10,703 nucleotides of DNA, taken from Conexivisphaerales archaeon (GTDB lineage Archaea > Thermoproteota > Nitrososphaeria > Conexivisphaerales > DTJL01). The stretch is taken from positions 1-10,703 of the forward strand of contig JBEKZX010000056.1 in the NCBI GenBank assembly GCA_049509455.1. The letters run 5' to 3'. Positions 7,978 to 10,703 of this stretch are shown here, piece after piece. Both the position numbers and the translations under genes were made by a program. The notes beneath the pieces were generated by a model. It was not told where the DNA came from. It did not search any database and was given only the letters and a program-made list of their open reading frames with translations. How positions within the stretch are numbered: position 1 is the stretch's first letter; each line of letters opens with the position of its first letter.

Positions 7978-8018
7978 TCGTTCAACCAACCTATTGTTTC
8001 AACAACACAAAGATGAAC
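7978..8018 (+). repeat. Extended left arm of repeat copy R3 (paralogous to 6306-6347)
   Basis: TCGTTCAACCAACCTATTGTTTCAACAACACAAAGATGAAC. Confidence 0.7.
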
Positions 8019-8020
8019 CA

Positions 8021-8052
8021 GTCAGCCCATTGTTCGCAGGTCCAAGCCTACG
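8021..8052 (+). repeat. Inter-gene repeat copy R3
   Basis: GTCAGCCCATTGTT-CGCAGG-TCCAAG-CCTACG; lies between the convergent AKR and M29-like genes. Confidence 0.9.
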
Positions 8053-8079
8053 CGCAAGAGGGGTCGTTAACGATTCTGG

Positions 8080-8107
8080 TTCCTCTTCCAACAGCACTGA
8101 TATCCAA
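8080..8107 (+). repeat. Secondary repeat B, copy 1
   Basis: TTCCTCTTCCAACAGCACTGATATCCAA; related to 9388-9412 and 10527-10553. Confidence 0.65.
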
Positions 8108-8169
8108 GAACAGAATGCGCTGCAGCCAATGATGCTCCCTGCTGGGTCTTCCTACTTAGCAACTGCACT

Positions 8170-9315
8170 TCATACCAGCAGCTTGCCGTTGCTCAATACA
8201 GTCATGCCGTCAATGGCGACGGTTGCTCTTGTCATGGACGCCCACCACTCTCCGTTCGCTGTGTTCTTCCCACCTTTGGTCGTGTTATCACCGAACCCAA
8301 TCGTGACTCCTCCAAGAACCTTGTCGTCTTGCGTGCAGCCGGGCCGGAGATTGGGGTTCAGGCCAAATCCAATAAATGCGCATTGGCCAGCGCCGCCACC
8401 TCCTTCCTCCAAGTACTGCTGGAAGACGCCATCACCTGCGACTGCTTCATGGCGAATGGCCTGCCCATCACGGACTAGGACCTTGAGTTTGTCCACCCTT
8501 GATGTTCCTGCCGGTACCGGAACGTCGTAAACCACCGTGCCGTTTGCGCTGTCCTCTTTGACCGAGACCTCCAACGCGCCAGCCGGAAGGAACGTGACCA
8601 TCGCCATCTTGGCCTCCTCTTCTCTCGCTATCCCGTCGGACACGCCGACTGGCCTTCTGTCAAGCTCAAGGCTCAAGTCCGTCCCGAAAGGCGTCGTCAT
8701 CCTGACATTCCCCCTACCAGAAAGGAGCTTCGCCAGCACTTTGCCTCTCCTCGCCATCTTCTCGTGGTCGACCAAGCAGCCCTTGAACATCACGTTCCGC
8801 CATTCTTCGTAGTTCAGTCCTTGCGCCCTTGCTCTTTCAGGTGTCGCAAGGGTGGCTTCTATCGCAAGCATCCGCACACGGTGTTCGCTGGCAATCCGAG
8901 CCCATTCCTTCGCATACGGTGTCTTGTCGTATCGCACGTCTAGCCAGACGGAGACCATTCCTCTTTTCTCCTTCGGGATAGCACTCCAAGGGATCGGGTT
9001 TCTAGGCCCCAAGGTGAAGATGTAGAACTCGGTCTCTGCCAAGGCCGCAGCTTCTTGCGAGCCAACAACGCTCAGCTGCTCCTTGGAACCATCCAGTATC
9101 GAACGAAGCCACAGGTCCTCATACCTGATGCTCAACAGATACGAGCACGCCCGCGACGAGCATCCAGAAGTAAGGGCCCTGGCGAGGTCGAGAGTGTGGT
9201 CCCAACTTTGTATCCAGACCCTGTCCTTCGGTTTCACGCGTAGGCAGGTATCAAACACCTCTCTGACAAGGTGGGAGTAGTCTACGGCCTCCCGCGGGCG
9301 ATGCTTATCCGCCAT
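8170..9315 (-). CDS. M29 (aminopeptidase T)-fold protein, apparently lacking its metal ligands
   Basis: 381 aa with M29-like landmarks (CLRVKPKDRV, TPFGTDLSL, LPAG...EDSANG, GFGLNP, KVLG..IGFGDN..GG). The positions where the family usually has Glu/His/Asp ligands are substituted. Confidence 0.85.
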   Translation of the reverse strand: MADKHRPREAVDYSHLVREVFDTCLRVKPKDRVWIQSWDHTLDLARALTSGCSSRACSYLLSIRYEDLWLRSILDGSKEQLSVVGSQEAAALAETEFYIFTLGPRNPIPWSAIPKEKRGMVSVWLDVRYDKTPYAKEWARIASEHRVRMLAIEATLATPERARAQGLNYEEWRNVMFKGCLVDHEKMARRGKVLAKLLSGRGNVRMTTPFGTDLSLELDRRPVGVSDGIAREEEAKMAMVTFLPAGALEVSVKEDSANGTVVYDVPVPAGTSRVDKLKVLVRDGQAIRHEAVAGDGVFQQYLEEGGGGAGQCAFIGFGLNPNLRPGCTQDDKVLGGVTIGFGDNTTKGGKNTANGEWWASMTRATVAIDGMTVLSNGKLLV

Positions 9316-9343
9316 TCCCGCATGAACGTTCGTCTTTCAGGAC

Positions 9344-9349
9344 AATAAA
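9344..9349 (-). promoter_or_regulatory. Candidate archaeal TATA box for the M29-like gene
   Basis: Minus-strand TTTATT, 29 nt upstream of ATG 9315. A 7-bp inverted repeat (ATGTCGT 9352-9358 / ACGACAT 9378-9384) lies directly upstream. Confidence 0.5.
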
Positions 9350-9387
9350 CCATGTCGTATTCCTAGTGACCGCCTCCACGACATTAG

Positions 9388-9412
9388 TTCCTTTTCCATC
9401 ACCAACGGATAT
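9388..9412 (+). repeat. Secondary repeat B, copy 2
   Basis: TTCCTTTTCCATCACCAACGGATAT, directly abutting R4. Confidence 0.6.
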
Positions 9413-9413
9413 G

Positions 9414-9445
9414 GTTGGCTCCATTTTCGCAGGTCCAAGCGTGCA
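9414..9445 (+). repeat. Inter-gene repeat copy R4 (most degenerate)
   Basis: GTTGGCTCCATTTT-CGCAGG-TCCAAG-CGTGCA; lies between the divergent M29-like and Ddn-like genes. Confidence 0.8.
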
Positions 9446-9581
9446 GCATGGATGAGAATCATGTATTCCGAGTCGATGTCTCGGAAGTCTTTTAGGGGCC
9501 TGGCCAATTGATTCGTTGCAATGAACTCCCGCAAGTTTGGAGGGAACATGGGTCACGACCAATTTCAAAGGAAGCGAGCTC

Positions 9582-9995
9582 ATGAGTAGACCCGGCGACT
9601 TCAACGCGCACAATATCGCCGAGTTCCGCAAGAACCACGGAAAGCTCGGTGGCTACTTTGAAGGGGCGCCGATACTGCTACTTCATACCATTGGGAGACG
9701 CAGCGGCAAACCTCGAATCAACCCGATGATGTACCTCAAAGACGGGGAGCGTTACCTTGTGTTCGCGTCGAAAGGGGGCGCCGATACCCACCCGGATTGG
9801 TACTACAACCTCAAAGCCCATCCCGACGTCCAGATTGAGGTCGGTGACGGCACAGTCGACGTGCACGCCGAAGAGATCACCGGCCGTGAACACGACACCC
9901 TCTACAAGCGCCAAGCCACCCTGTACCCAGCATTCGCCGAGTATCAACACAAGACGAAGAGGGTGATCCCGGTGATAGCTCTGACAACGAAATAG
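9582..9995 (+). CDS. Deazaflavin (F420H2)-dependent nitroreductase/quinone reductase family protein (Ddn/FDOR-A-like)
   Basis: LLLHTIGRRSGKPRINPMMY, VFASKGGADTHPDWYYNLKAHP and FAEYQHKTKRVIPV are hallmark motifs of the family. ATG 9582 is preferred to 9537 because the family N-terminus (DFNxxxIAEFRxN) starts there. Confidence 0.93.
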   Translation: MSRPGDFNAHNIAEFRKNHGKLGGYFEGAPILLLHTIGRRSGKPRINPMMYLKDGERYLVFASKGGADTHPDWYYNLKAHPDVQIEVGDGTVDVHAEEITGREHDTLYKRQATLYPAFAEYQHKTKRVIPVIALTTK

Positions 9996-10138
9996 CCCTA
10001 GCTTTCTTCCACCCGGTGTTCCAGGCCTTTCTCATCCTGCCCAGCTAGACGGATCCTGGTGAGACCGCAGAATACCGAACTACAAATGGTCATATTCAGC
10101 CGGAGCACGGAATACTACCGATTCAAATCCCCAACGAA

Positions 10139-10174
10139 GCCGGCCCATCTTTCGCAGGCCCAAACCCTACGTCC
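10139..10174 (+). repeat. Inter-gene repeat copy R5
   Basis: GCCGGCCCATCTTT-CGCAGG-CCCAAAC-CCTACG-TCC, preceded by AACGAA as in R1. Confidence 0.85.
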
Positions 10175-10245
10175 TGAGACCAATCATCCGTCGAGTCGCT
10201 TCGTATAAGAACGTGGAGAGTTCATGAGTTGCTGGCGAGAGTGGA

Positions 10246-10461
10246 TTGAGAAGGGAGTACATCGCAATCACGGCTGTTGTGGCAGCCTTCATCTTGTTCG
10301 CCACTTTCGTTCCTTTCATAACAGAGCCCAGTAATCTTTGCGCTGTGGGATGTCCGGCATCGTCAGTCAACGCCACTCAAACTGCCTCTCTGACCTACCA
10401 CTTCTCCCTTTTTGGGGCAGTGATAAGGCTGGATTCCACCTACCAAATGCTAATCTATTGA
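10246..10461 (+). CDS. Small hypothetical membrane/exported protein
   Basis: 71-aa ORF (TTG start) with an N-terminal TM helix (YIAITAVVAAFILFATFVPF) and a CAVGC pair. It fills the R5-R6 interval; a TATAAG lies at 10205-10210. Confidence 0.6.
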   Translation: MRREYIAITAVVAAFILFATFVPFITEPSNLCAVGCPASSVNATQTASLTYHFSLFGAVIRLDSTYQMLIY

Positions 10462-10472
10462 GTGAACACCAA

Positions 10473-10507
10473 GCCAGCCGCATTTTCGCGGGTCCAAGCT
10501 TACGTCC
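10473..10507 (+). repeat. Inter-gene repeat copy R6
   Basis: GCCAGCCGCATTTT-CGCGGG-TCCAAG-CTTACG-TCC. Confidence 0.85.
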
Positions 10508-10526
10508 AGGATGGACAGTAATGTAA

Positions 10527-10553
10527 TTCCTTCCAACAACCACAGATATCCAA
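10527..10553 (+). repeat. Secondary repeat B, copy 3
   Basis: TTCCTTCCAACAACCACAGATATCCAA. Confidence 0.65.
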
Positions 10554-10618
10554 ATGGCCGACTCAGTTTCGTTTGCCAATAACCTCAGTCAAATAGGTTG
10601 GCCGTCTGTCCCATCATC

Positions 10619-10703
10619 CTACTTGGTTTCCTCGAATTCGACGAGCCCGTCCTGGAAGTCGACGTCCACGTGGGCGCGGTCACATAGGGGTTTGTTCATC
10701 GAA
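10619..10703 (-). CDS. C-terminal part of a CDGSH iron-sulfur domain protein (5' end outside the window)
   Basis: The minus-strand frame from 10702 reads SMNKPLCDRAHVDVDFQDGLVEFEETK*, matching the SxNKPxCDxxH end of the CDGSH motif. Not in the supplied ORF track. Confidence 0.75.
   Translation of the reverse strand, partial: SMNKPLCDRAHVDVDFQDGLVEFEETK

Noticed and set aside
6306-8018. Diversity-generating retroelement TR/VR pair
   Set aside because: Differences involve both C/T and A/G rather than adenine-only changes, the segments are non-coding, and there is no reverse transcriptase.
7994-8530. 178-aa + strand ORF, and other ORFs reading FAGPSLR through the repeat (e.g. 10338..10526)
   Set aside because: It overlaps the M29-like gene antisense. 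The shared peptide is simply the translated repeat, whose copies differ by frameshifting indels.
6351-10507. Main repeats as a CRISPR array
   Set aside because: Intervals are 334-1393 bp and contain whole genes, the copies are degenerate with indels, and no cas genes are present.
6254-10507. Canonical integron attC sites
   Set aside because: I could not find paired RYYYAAC...GTTRRRY R-boxes with L-boxes at the repeats, and no IntI-like gene is present in the window.

Overview
Probably an archaeal genomic window. This is inferred from TATA-like boxes about 26-29 nt upstream of several apparently leaderless starts, frequent TTG starts and the protein families present; the lineage cannot be determined from the sequence. 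The left part holds a decayed histidine-kinase C-terminal fragment, an intact membrane PAS/PAS/GAF/PAS sensor histidine kinase, a hairpin-rich 430-bp spacer, a small zinc-ribbon protein, a membrane-anchored exported protein and an S9 acylaminoacyl-peptidase-like enzyme. The right part (about 6250-10703) is the interesting region. Six degenerate copies of a 29-36 bp non-coding repeat (consensus G(C/T)CAGCCCAT-T(n)-CGCAGG-TCCAAG-CCTACG-TCC) all lie on the + strand. Each consecutive pair brackets exactly one unrelated gene, in either orientation: a GNAT acetyltransferase, an aldo/keto reductase, an M29-aminopeptidase-like protein lacking its metal ligands, an F420H2-dependent (Ddn-like) reductase and a small membrane protein. 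A partial CDGSH protein follows the last copy. The layout resembles a gene-cassette array, but the repeats are not canonical attC sites or CRISPR repeats, and no recombinase or transposase is present in the window. The cassette interpretation is therefore an inference.
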